From positions 1,178,001-1,242,000 of the forward strand of contig OZ037769.1 of the NCBI GenBank assembly GCA_964035545.1: DNA of 64,000 nt, written 5' to 3'. Shown piece by piece: positions 35,728 to 48,500 of the stretch (position 1 is its first letter; each line of letters starts with the position of its first letter). The notes below the pieces were generated by a model. The model did no database searches. It worked only from the letters and a program-made list of their open reading frames with translations, and had not been told where the DNA came from. Made by a program: the position numbers and the translations under genes. Source of the DNA: Bugula neritina. Lineage: Eukaryota > Animalia > Bryozoa.

Positions 35728-36213
35728 AGGAGTGATTGTTGCTGTATCACATAGACATAGTATTAGGTTACCATACGTTACATTTGTCAATTGAATCTAG
35801 ATGTGACAAATGCCATGCAACTTTTGTAAAATAGCAGAACTAGCTTGCAGTACTATCCAATATGTTTACTAAACATAGATTTTGGCTTTTGTAAAAAAAG
35901 AACTGGAAGCTTTATTTAGTATACTAGGTTTGCGTATGATGCTGTAGTGGTTACAACACAACTGCATATCTACCTGGGACTGTGATTGCCTAAACTATCT
36001 GACATATAGCAAGTTACATATTTACTAATAAACTTTAATCAGAGAGTATATAGTTCTTTGAAACTCGCTTAATGAGTGTTTTAAGTTGCTGTAGCACCTT
36101 CATCTTTGACTAATGTGGAGCTTATGTTGTAAATGAATTTTTTTTTTATTTTTAGTGCTGAGGTTGTACTTTAAGCTGTGAGTGGAGTCATTCCACTGTC
36201 TTCCGCAGATAAA

Positions 36214-39200
36214 ATGGCGGCTTTCTCTCGCAAGAGAACAATCAAAAGTTTGATAGTTGACGCCTTTGAGTTGACATTAGAATGTGGCATATGCACCAAT
36301 CAGAGAGAGCTGCGAATGCTGCCTTGTCAGCATATGATGTGCGCCGAGTGTTTAGGTGAAATTTTGCAGACGCTAATATCTAAACTTGAATAAATAAATA
36401 TTAAATATACATTTCAAAGTTTATGAAATGCAGTAAATATTACTTTTAAGCGTAGGAAATATAAATTTCTTGCATTTCGCAAGAACTTGGTCAATTATGG
36501 ATATAAACTACTTTTTAAATTGTCAGACTATATAGTGCTTTAAAGCATGATATTATAAACTGTAACTCATACAAAAATATTTTAAAGGCCTGACCACACC
36601 CTCATGAAAATCACACGAAATCATCAATAATTTTACACGAAAACACAAACGTACGATTAAATTTGAGAGAATTTATACAAAATCGTGTTTGCTGGGTGCA
36701 CCCAATGAAAACAATGGATGAAAGAGCGTAATTGACGATAAGCACCACTTGATTGGTCAATAGAATTTTAACAACAGCGATTATTTCATTTCTACCTGTT
36801 TCTGTGTCTGGAAATCTTCCGCTGTTTGTATCTTGTGCAAGACCCATTCACAGCTTTGACGAGCGTGTGGCTAGTTATAAGGAGAGAATAACTAACCAAA
36901 ATATTCACACAAATTTTGTGTGATTCTTCAAGAGTGTGTGAGCAGGCCTTAATTCTCCTTAAGAACTCTTTTAATAATGGAAAAGGACTTGTTTTATATT
37001 GTGGCAATTAATTATAACTGAATACCTTTCCTCGCATCAGTATTGCTTCTGACTCAAACTCAAACTAATGGTATTGTGTTTGCTAGGCTAAAGTGCTTTA
37101 ACCATTTGACAACATCTGCTCCTTTTTTTTAGGAAAAATACTTTTGGCGAAAAATAAGTGTTGCTCGTTTTGTAAAGAAGCTCTGGAAAAGGACTCTGCG
37201 ATGTCATATCCTGTATGCAGGCTGGCCTCTAATCTGCAGGAGGAAATAAAAACATTGACTGATGCAATGCAGAATTACCACTTAGCAGGTGACCCTGATT
37301 TAAATTTAGTTGAAAATAAGTCATTTAAAAAAAAAAATTTATAGTTGATGATCTGTACTAAACTGTGCTAATTTGATATTTTATTCTTCCTTTAGAATTA
37401 TTTCAAAAACAGCCAATATGAGTTTCTAAACTCGTTATTGGTTGAGAAAGCATAGTAGCAATTTGACTAGCAAACCTGAAATGTGCTGCAAGTTCAAATG
37501 AGGCACTGCAGAAATTCATCACATGATTATTTTTGCAGATCAACAGGAAGTGTGTGAAACAGAGGGATGTTCGAGACCCTTTGACTTCTACTGTTCCCAA
37601 TGCTTAACCTTTTACTGCTTCAGGTATGCTGGATTAAAGAGCTCATTGCCTGACTCATCAGCGCATGAGTCATCAAGATGCATTTGTTGTTGTGTTGTGT
37701 CTGTACATGATTTTAGCATAAGTAAAATGCACAGGTAAAAATGGTACAGGTAAAAATGGCACAAATGGCAAAGTAGGTAAAAAATAACACAAATTAAATT
37801 TTTTAAGCTCCAAATCCCAAACCCAAACTTCCAACTCGTAAAACCAAACCCCGAACTCAAATCCCCTTTCCAAACCGCCAACCCCCACCCTAAAAACCCT
37901 AATATTTAAAATGTGCCATTTTCCTACTTTGCTGTTTGTGGCATTGTTACCTGTGCCATTATTACCAGACACCCTTTAGCTTTTCTCTTACACAACATGA
38001 ACCTTAAGCTAAAAATATTTATATTGTCTCGAAACGTTTTAGCTTATTTACTTTGTTACAGTATAATTTTGCACATGATATTTGAAAGAAACATTTATTT
38101 AAGCTGTCTTCTCTTGCTGTATGTATTATCTAAGGCCCAGTAGCTTAATAAGATTGAAATTTTCCTAACAGTTCAGCTGCTGGCTAAAATCACAATTAGA
38201 CTGAAGGGTTTAAGTTGTATTCCAGTATGTATACTACTATAACAGTTGTCTCAATCTGCACTGTATATTATTGTTAAAAAACTTCTCAAACAAATATAAA
38301 ACATGACTACTTCAGGTGCTCAAAGCAAAACTGCAAATGCTTAGAAGGCAGAGACCATAAAAGTCAGACGTTTGACGAGCAACTGAAAGATCTGCATAAA
38401 AACAAATATTTGAAATGGAAGGAAACGAAAGAATCAGGAATAAATAAAATCACTTTAAAGGTAAATAATTCAATATAACTTGTAATTTAGAGAAGTTGCT
38501 AAGCAATTGATTTTACGAAATAATGCCTGGTTTTACTTCTGACAGCATATACAGCTAAATTTTAACAGCAGTCGCTGTGCTAATCAATACCGGACTTACT
38601 AAATTTTAGCAGTAAGCCATCCAATTGGAATTAGGACTTATTGCATCTATATCTGTCCATCTATATCGTATATTATAAAATTGTTATCAACCATTTTCTG
38701 TAATCTATAACCTATAACCTATGACCTATGACCTATGACCTATGACTTGAGATTTATATAGCTTGTATAACACATGACCTAGAACTCATAATCTCTAAAT
38801 CATCGGCTTTCCATGGACCGATCTCAGATCGATCTCAGCGAGATCTATCCATGGAAAGACGCCAAAAATCGATCTCCATCGATCTGAGCTGGTCGGTCTG
38901 TGGAGCTCGAACTCAGATCGATCTCATGTCAATAAGACCATGGAAAGACGCCAGATCGATCTGAGAAGTAAAAAAAGACTGCCTGCTACAATGCTGTCTG
39001 CTAATAAAAATGATAACTTATTGATAATTGCTAAGCAAAGTATTAAATAATTATGATAGCCACCTTTTTAGATGCCAAAACTTTGACTTTCAGTACAATA
39101 ATTAAGAAAACTCAATTATATGCAGTAGAAGGTTGAAAAAAATGGGAGAATTTAAATTGAATTTAAATGACTATTAAAACTTAGTTTCATTAGCTATTTT

Positions 39201-41949
39201 CTTTGTAATTTTAAGCCTAACAGTCCTGTAAGTTTATTAATAATCTGCAAGACAGCCATTAATTTTATATAAGCTGACAAGCTAAAAAATTAAAATTAAT
39301 TATTTTAAATTGGCCAAATTATCCTACACTGAAAGCTTTGCTGCGTATAGTTTATAGCTGGGATTAAATTTCAGACTACGACCATCTTGTTTTTAACAGT
39401 AGTAACTTTAATCACCCAAATAGGTGAAAAAATTATACTTTTAAAGTATCCTTCACTTAAGAGGAGGCAACTTCGCGAGATCGATCTGACACTCTCATGG
39501 AAAAACGATCGATCTGAGCACATTTCTGAGATCGATCTGAGATCGGTACATAGAAAGCCCGTGAATCTCTAATGTGACTTAAAACCAATTACTTTAACCC
39601 GTGACCTTGAATTTAACCTCAGACCTAATTTGAAACCTTTAATGTATAATTACGATTTAATTATTACCCTAAAACCTGTAACCTCAAACTTCGAACCTAT
39701 AATCTCTGACTTGAAATGTGTGCTCTATAGCCTGTAATTTGTAGCCTGCAGTCTATAAGCTAAGCTATTCACGTGTAGCCTATTAAGTTAATATCATCAT
39801 AGAAACATAGAAAATAAGTCAACCAGTTTCCTATAACTTAACGCAATACTCTCTTCCAGCAATCAGAGTTGGTGTCAGAGATGAAAGATAAAGTTTCCAG
39901 TATACAGGGAGTAGAAAATATAGATGCAGTATTTGCTGAAGTCACTAAACTAAAGCTAGAGATACAAAGTTTGAACAAGCAGCTGGTCGAGCAGAAAGCT
40001 GTGACTTCAGAGTACGAAGCTAGTGTAGACCGTCTCTCTGATAAAGACTACATCAGAGTGATCGACCAGCTGACAAAAAGTAAGTTTTTTTTCAAATAGA
40101 ATGCAGATAAATTGTCAACTATTTCAATTACAATATATTGATTGCAGTTTAAAGTCTTAGGGCTAAACTTGTACAAACTGAAAGCAGTCATTTGATCTAT
40201 AAATACTTATGGTTTGGTTCACGTGTTCACAGCCAAAAAATCATGGTTAAGTTTTCACACTGTGAACAGTCAAATCCCGCTGCACAATTTTATCTTTTCA
40301 TACTAGTAAATAGGTAAAGCAGCAGAAGTAAGGTTAGTGATGTTGTTACTGCTTGACTCACAGACAGTTAATTGTAATATCTTGGTTTTAATATCAATCG
40401 GCAAAAAATCTAACTGCATCAAAGTAAAAACATCCCATCTCAATATGGTAGCAGCTAGTACACTGTAACATATATTATGCTATATATGTTGTGCACAAGC
40501 CAAAGGAGGTACAACTCTTGCTAAAATTATTTCTTTATACTTACTATATAGAACATAACTTATTAAGACAAAGCATTTGGCAATTTTGAAATTTACTTTG
40601 AAGGCTAAAAATAAACCGAAAACTAATAATCATTAAATCAGCAAATGCTAAAATTATAAAATTCTTTGCAGACAACTGTAGCACAGATATTCAACTGGGA
40701 GAAAAGGTAGAAGGAGTTCTGGTCAGATGTTATTACGACATTTCTCTAAGTGGAGATAAATTGCTCGCCGCTACACACAGTGGCTTTGATGTCATTAAGT
40801 TTGCGACAAGCAAGATCCTGCCAAGTAATGAGAAAGGTGCCTCTCTAAATGCGATGGTAAGAAAAATCAGCACTGAAGACATTGGCAACGTGATTTCCTT
40901 ACAGTTCTACAACAAACTTATTTATGTGCTATGCAAGGAAGCTTCTCCTTCAAAGACAAGAAATGTCGTCCTGTTTGACACGTCATACAAGGAAGTGAAT
41001 CGCTGGCCCGTGCCTGACTCCGCCCACATCAGCCATCTTGCAGTAGCAAATGATAAAGTGTACGTTCCTTTTCCCGCCGAGAGCAAGTTATGTGTCTATG
41101 CCACCTCCACTGGCTCTGTGCTTACCAGTGTTCAGCATGCTGCTTTCAAGAAACCAACCTATCTTTGTGCCGGTCCCCAAAACAGTCTACTGATATCTGA
41201 TCACTTGGCAAACAAAGTCCACAAGCTAGATTGCAATGATGACTCACTGACTTGGACCTCAGACATCATTGAGAATCCTGTGGGCATTTGCTATTCGGTT
41301 GCCAGTGGAGAAGTGTGGGTGTGGTCTCACATGACTCATTCTATCAAAGCTCTCTGCCATAAATCAGGTAAATAGCCAAGATATATAATAAAGTCTTAGT
41401 ACTTGATATATAATATGAGATGGAGTATAGCTGGTTAGACCTCCTTTTCAAGGTTCTAAATCAAAGCTGATACTACAAAACATTGAATAATAAAAAAAAA
41501 CCAAACCACAACCACTTTGCTTCCCTAAAAGAAATAAATACTGCAATAGCAACCTTTAAATTGACTACTATAATAATAGATAGTATTATAATCAAATGAA
41601 GTTTTAAATTTTTGAAGCACTTTTTGAATTAGTTTTATTTTTTACTAATTGATTGATCCTATAGCCTTAAGGATCACAGTTGCATAAGAAAATTTGAACT
41701 TTTTTTAAATATGTATTGATTTTTACTGCATTGTGTTAGTTTTGATTTCAACAATATGTTAAGCTCTTAATTGTATGTAAAATAATGCTGATTCATTGTG
41801 TGTTGCAAGGTGAATACATCCGAGAGCTACTGCACCCAAAGTTCAAGGACATGCACAGTCATGGAGTCCTAGCTATGCGTGTTGTAGAAAATAAGCTATG
41901 GGTAGTTACCAAAGGAGATGGACTTTTAAAGTTTGATGTTGAATTTTAA
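36214..41949 (+). CDS. TRIM-like E3 ligase 2: RING, B-box, coiled coil, NHL-like beta-propeller (527 aa, 7 coding exons)
   Basis: Exons 36214-36355, 37133-37288, 37539-37623, 38316-38460, 39860-40079, 40672-41367, 41810-41949 (1584 nt, in frame); same intron positions and phases as TRIM-1. Confidence 0.9.
36586..36949. mobile_element. MITE, PIF/Harbinger-like, in TRIM-2 intron 1
   Basis: ~35-bp imperfect TIRs (AGGCCTGACCACACCCTCATGAAAATCACACGAAAT vs rc AGGCCTGCTCACACACTCTTGAAGAATCACACAAAAT) and a TAA target-site duplication on both sides; no ORF. Confidence 0.75.
37697..37972. mobile_element. Short inverted-repeat non-autonomous element in TRIM-2 intron 3
   Basis: acaggtaaaaatggcacaaatggcaaagtagg mirrored by cctactttgctgtttgtggcattgttacctgt, with a central aaaccc-rich tract. 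Confidence 0.6.
38801..39563. mobile_element. MITE with ~38-bp TIRs and GATCGATC subterminal repeats in TRIM-2 intron 4
   Basis: Left CATCGGCTTTCCATGGACCGATCTCAGATCGATCTCAG; right rc CACGGGCTTTCTATGTACCGATCTCAGATCGATCTCAG; flanking direct repeat aatctctaa(a)t (~9-10 bp TSD). Confidence 0.85.
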
Positions 41950-44900
41950 AAGCAATGTGACTGTAGTAGTCGATAAACATATCGCACACTCTATATTATT
42001 GACATTTTACTGCCTTCCTTGCCGGTCAAATTTGTCATTTATTACCAACTTTTTAATTTACATTTAATTTAATTACACTGCATGATCAACCAAATTTTTT
42101 TAGAAACCCACCTCACTTTTCTCCCACCTGTCAGGCTTATAATGAGGGAATATATTAGCTATCCCACATCTAACTGTGACCTAGCTGTAAACTACACTCA
42201 ACGTAATTTTGTTTAATATAGAATGACATCTTAATGTTTTTTTAATTAGCAAAGTTAAATTTTTACTTTTTGACTTGGCTTAAAAAGAGTTTGCAGCTTT
42301 GTATTTTATTACAACTCATCAAATAATTGCTTTAAAAAAGTTATAATATCTATCTGTATAAATTCTTTCATTTTCATTTTAATATTTTCTTGAAATCTAC
42401 CTAAAGGTGATTTTTTATTGAACAAACTGACTCATTTTATTACCACGTATACGCATTTGTTACCATTTATATTTCATAACATAAACATATATTATCTTAA
42501 TTTTGATACTCATTTTTTTAACAAGATGTTTCTACTTTTGTAAGATAATTTTTATAAATTCACATATAGCACTAATTATTATATGGCATTAACTTTGATA
42601 ACCAATCAAGAATTAATTAGTTGATTGTGTACTTAAGGGTAAACACAATAATTTTAACAAGATTAATGCTGCATATTTCTGTAATTTCCAATAAAGACTA
42701 ACAAATTTATGTACACGTTTGTATTTTATCCTCTGAATAAAATTGTCTCATAAAATTTGTAAGAGTACATTTCTTATTTAACCTAGATATTTCCCATTAT
42801 AAACAAGTTTCAACATATTAGATTTCTTACAAAGCAAAAATTTCCTTTCTAATCATATATTTGAAATACAGCTATATTAGCTTACTAAAACGAAAAACAG
42901 TAAGGAGGGATCTTGAAGAAAAAGCTTTTTCTCTGAAGCCCAATAGATTTTACAAATACACTTCCATTGTGACAAGTAAATGCAGGTGAGTTATCAGACT
43001 AATAACTAATGGCCAACAATTATGTCAGTGGGATATAAACTAGGAGTTATCTTCTCTTAAAAAAATATTCCCCTCACTAAGACATGTAAAATCTATACTA
43101 TGATGCAATATATTTTGAATGTTTTCTGAGTATTAGTATAATTGCTATAAAATAGCAAAAAGCTAACCAAGCGGGTTGAGCTTGCTCTATTGCAATAGAA
43201 AACAGCTGATATGGCATTGAACTACCTACCTAATAGTCACAACTCTGCCTACACTTATACACGAAAACAAACATTTAAAATAAAATAATATGAAAAGTCA
43301 AAAATATTATAAATACCAGTGAAAATTTAAAAATTTATTCTGATGACAAAACAGAAGCTTAAAACTACGCTAGCTTGCAGCATGGAGGTTAAAGGTAACT
43401 TTACAATCTACTGAGATATTACTTGGGACTGATAAGAACCAGATTTGATAACTTTAGCAACACATAATAAATTCTTTTGAGATATATTTCACTATACTGT
43501 CCTAACTGTATGCTATTGGATGGCTCTATAAGGTAAACATTGAATGCAAACAGCACTGCTATAGGGGGCCTAAATTACGTTACGTCTCTTTTTGCTATAA
43601 CGTACTTGATGAAACAAAGTTATTGAGTACTTCAAAAGCATGTAAGGCTATAAAAAGTTTTTTCATCGACTTGAAGGCATTCTTAGTGATTGGAAGTCTC
43701 TCTTCCCGATAACCAACTTGAGGTAAAAGCATCTGCTGCAATTTGTTTACAATTTTACCTTGTTGTCAAATAGTTACCTTAAGCTTCACAAAACTATTTT
43801 GAATATAAATTTTTGCTCTAATTTAACTTGCTTGTTTACAATAGTTTAACATGCAGGTAACATACGGTTTTTTTGAGCTTACATTTAAAAAGTCTTATAT
43901 AGCATCAACTTTCCGTTACTAAATGGTTCTATAATAAATCAATCGATGATATTTTATTTTCAAGGCTATATAAACTTCTTAGGTCATAGCTTCATTCAAC
44001 TTCCAAGTTAATAAAACTTGCAAATATAATTTATTATAGCACTAAGCAATCTAAAAATTGACCTCAATATTCAGCTTATTTGCAAGGAGCTTTTTGTAAA
44101 ATTCAATCACCTTCTTTTTTATAAACTGCATTTCCTGTAAATTTCAAAATGGAAACACAGCGTACTATAGCAGTAATAATGAAGCTACTTTTAACTGTAA
44201 TTACTACTTAAGTTTTGATTTTGTGAATTTTTTTCTGAAGTAAAATTAATTAGAAACCTGTTGACTAAAAATAGAATAAAATAATCTGTTTAACTTTACT
44301 TTATTAAAAGAAGGTAAAGGTTTGTACCGTAAAATTTGTTTGCAATTTATCAACAACAACCAGTTAATACGTCAAAACTATTTTATAGCAAAAACTCTTT
44401 TGTGTTAAATTGCCTTTAGTTGATAATATAGATATTTGGGCACATTATATGACTCAATCAATAATTATACATAAAGGCTATAAGTTAGAAAAGAGAAGAT
44501 AACTTTAATGTTACCAGATAATAGCATTGCTTATGCTTTATATTTAAAATGTAGCATAAAAAAGAAATTTTTGATAATATACATTTTATAGAAAGACTTA
44601 TAAATGATTTGGTACATACAGGATATTACGTAGTAGTGTTCACTATATTATCAGTTTGTCTGATAAAGATGATCTGCAAACAAGAACCTGGATGTGACGG
44701 CACTCATTTTGATCTATAGTGTCTTATCTGGTACATTTATCAACATGAGTGTGTTGGTAGAAATGATTATGCTTGTATCAATATTATAAAGGGGGTGTTA
44801 CCTGAAAGTAAATATTCTTAAGATTTGTTGATATCGGTATTTAAAATAGTCGTATCAAATGAAAAACTGACCACAGGCAATATTCAAATGCATTTTAAAT

Positions 44901-45519
44901 TAATACAGCTTTGTCACCAAGCTAGAATACTGCAGCTAGTGACGTGGCAATTCTTTAGAAATATCTGTTTTCAAAAGTTATTGTGACGTCTTTCTCTCTC
45001 ATAATTAAAGTTGAGATGTCTATAATAGGTTATGGTGGATAATCGTCTTGTATTATTGAGTTCTGTTGTTTATATTTTATAAACACTTTATTAATTGAAC
45101 TCCTATTTGCATGAATAATGCATCTGTTTTTATACTCATGGGGCAACAGTCTAGAAAGTTCTATTGCATCCTACAACCACATGGTTTATGTGAAACTCAG
45201 CGTAGTTTAAGATAACTAAGCAATTTAAAAAACTTTTGTGTGCAATATAGGGTTACCCTGAAATTCCATGTCATATACTAATAGGAAATAGTAATTATAG
45301 ATACATGTGCTAGTTTATGGACTTGAATTTGTAACACTTTTCAGGAAAAATTAAAAAAACTTAGGAACAGTTTACAAAGTTTAATTTGTTGTTATAAGAC
45401 ACTAAAACTGTGTTTATTGCAGTAGTAACAAACACAAAGCTGTAGAAATGCTTAGATAGCCTTTTCTGCTGTTAGTAAAGTGTAGCGCATGCTTTTTATA
45501 TAGAGTTACATATAGGAGG

Positions 45520-48500
45520 ATGGCAGCAGGTGGTGGACATGGTAAGTCAGCGAGCACTCTGGTGAATGAAGCGTTGCAGCTGGTGATAGAATGTGGTATC
45601 TGCACGAATGTAAGAGAGTTAAGAGAGCTGCCTTGTCAGCATATGATGTGTGCCGTTTGCTTAGGTGAGTATATCTACCCCTTTCATGGCACAGGCAGCA
45701 GCATTCATATTGCTGTTTCAGCCTGTCATGTAAAATTTTTTAAACTATTATATTTAATAGCATATTTTTAGTTTATTAAAAAACTGGTGTTCATAGGAAA
45801 GTCAACTTGAGTGATACTTTCAGTTCCTGTCGAATGCAATTGAAATATAACATTAACACACAAATCTTTAGTTAAATTATCCTTAAATGGAATTATAGTT
45901 CACTTTACATTTAACTGGTTTTTTTTGTTTTGCATGTATTTCATATCATATGTTTAATTGCGATTACAGATACTATTCTAAAGGGGAGTAGTAAGCATTG
46001 CCCGTTCTGTAAGGATAGCTTGACAAGGAACTCTGCTATGTCCTATCCTGTGTGTAGACTAGCCTCAAATCTACAACAAGAAATTCAGAGGCTTTCTGAG
46101 GCACTTAAGTCGTATCACCTGGCAGGTAAATATTTCTTTAAGCTGTAAGTTTTGAGACATGCAGATATATGTTTATGAGTTTTTATGTTGTTGGTGCTTA
46201 AGTCTTCAAATTGTTTTGTGACATTGTGTGCATATTTACATAGAACCAAAATTTTAATTCTATGAACCATTTATTTCCAACGGTTTCAGACAGCAGAGAA
46301 ACCTGCAATTCTGAAGGATGTAAAAGGCCCATTGATCTCTTCTGTACCTCATGTTTACTCTTTCTATGTTTTCAGTAAGTGCTTTTATAAACATTTCATG
46401 TTTAAAAGATTTTTTTGCAATGTATTCAACAAGTTATATCTGTGTGTGTGTGTGTGTGTGTGTGCGTGCGTGTGCGTATGCGTGTGCATGTGCGTGTGTG
46501 TGAAAATAAAACAGGAGAAAGTGATACAAAAAAGTAAACTGTTCTTATAACTCTTACTAATCAAAGGAACACTTTCTATCAGCATATTAAAATATATTAG
46601 CAAGTTATTTACCCAGACTTGAAATATAATATAATATAATAATATAATGCACTTTATGTTTGCATCAGCTTTTCTTACTATATAATATAAAATGAAAGTA
46701 TTTACAACAGCATAAATATGCAGATCCTATGCTTCACCTACTTTTTTTAAGAGTTGGCTCTTCATGCAGAAGAGCAATAAATTTTAAGACTTATATATGA
46801 TCGTTTAAAACATTCTTTGCATCAGCAAGCAAGCAAGCAAGCCAGAGGTCTCGGGTTCGAATCCCAGTGTAGACAAAATTTTTCTAGCAATCTTTTTAAT
46901 ATAGATTAGGTGAAATATATATACCTATAATGATTAATGAAATATAGAATGGAATAATTGCTAATTGTCATTTTCACTTATTTCAGATGCTCTAGAAGCA
47001 CTAAATGTGTGGAAAGTGGGTTCCACTTCACCGAAGTTTATGACGATGAGCTTTTGAAACTTTACAGAACTAAGTTTGATAGTTGGAAGGCTTATAAACA
47101 GAAACAAGTCTCAGACCTTCGTAAACTGGTAAAGTAAATCAATGCTTTTAAATAATTTTTAATATAAAAAATCATTATAATTTCTAGATTTTCTGTTTTT
47201 GGTAAAAACTGTTTAAGTTCAATGTTTTTAAATTTTAAGTAAATGTTTTGAAAAAGCTGAAATGGTCAATACTCTCCCATCATGCATTTCACGTAAGCCT
47301 AAATCCTTTGGCAATGTAAAATATTTATGCAAAACAATAATGAAAAAAATCCACAACAGTGTACGCATTACCTCTTTGGTCTACAAATTTAAATATTGGC
47401 ACAATTTTTGGCAGTTTCAATGTAGCTTGAAGTGTTGAAACTTTGTTTTCTCAAACTACTATCTTGGCAAATGGGTAGTTGCAGCATATTAATACAAAGT
47501 ATGACCCTGCTAGTGCTCCAGAATCTCAGGCAGCATGTTATAGTAAATGCATTGAGTTTTTTCCATTTGGTGACTATAATTTTAAAATTGTAACAAAGCG
47601 TTGTTCTGCTAACAGCAAGCAAAGTTGGTAGAAGATATTAAAAAAGGTGTGGCCAATGCCTCAACCGAGAACCTGGTAAGAGCTGTAGAAGATGTGAATA
47701 CTCGGAAAATTGCGTTTCAGAGAATTTGCAAGGAGCTAGCGGAGCGGAAAGCAGTACTTACTAAATACAGCGAAAATATTGATGGTGTCAGTGGTACTCA
47801 GTTTATTAAACTGGTACATCAAATTTGTGGAAACCAGGATGGTAAATATGAATCTCTCTGGTGCCCTTTTGTTTGGTTAAAGACTAGCATATGCTATCTT
47901 TGAGTTGTAAATTGTTTCGGACTAGTAATATTAAAAATTCAACAGGTTTTTAAGACCTAGAGTTCTGTCAGCTATATAGTTACATAATAGATGGCTGACA
48001 ATTGTCTGTTTTTGTTATTGGATAATTTAAAAATATTATGTAAAATATTTATTTCATATTATAGGGTTATTACGAAACTTTTTGCCCTTTCCAACTTCTA
48101 CCACAAGGGACACTAGGTGTAGTGTTGCGTTTACCCAGTAGTCCTTACAATGCCATGGTAGTGCGCAGGCTTGAAAGCCGGAGGTCTAGGGGGATGAAAT
48201 CTCAGCAGGAGCAAAATTAGTTTGTACTGGGTTAACTCAACACTTTATTCCACTCAGTTCTCAAAATTTCCTTTGACTCTTTTTACTACTCCTTCAGTCG
48301 TCAGGCACCCCTAGCCTCTTAACTCCCACAACTACTATTTCTCACTAAAAGCTTTTAAGATAACTTGCCCCCCCTGGGACTTAAACCCAGGTGCGCTAAC
48401 TATTAAACCACAAAGATGATTTCGTAAGTAAACTAAATATTTCAGTTATCATTGTGAGCAACTAAAGCTGATCAGAATGAAAAAAAAACTGAAACAGTCA

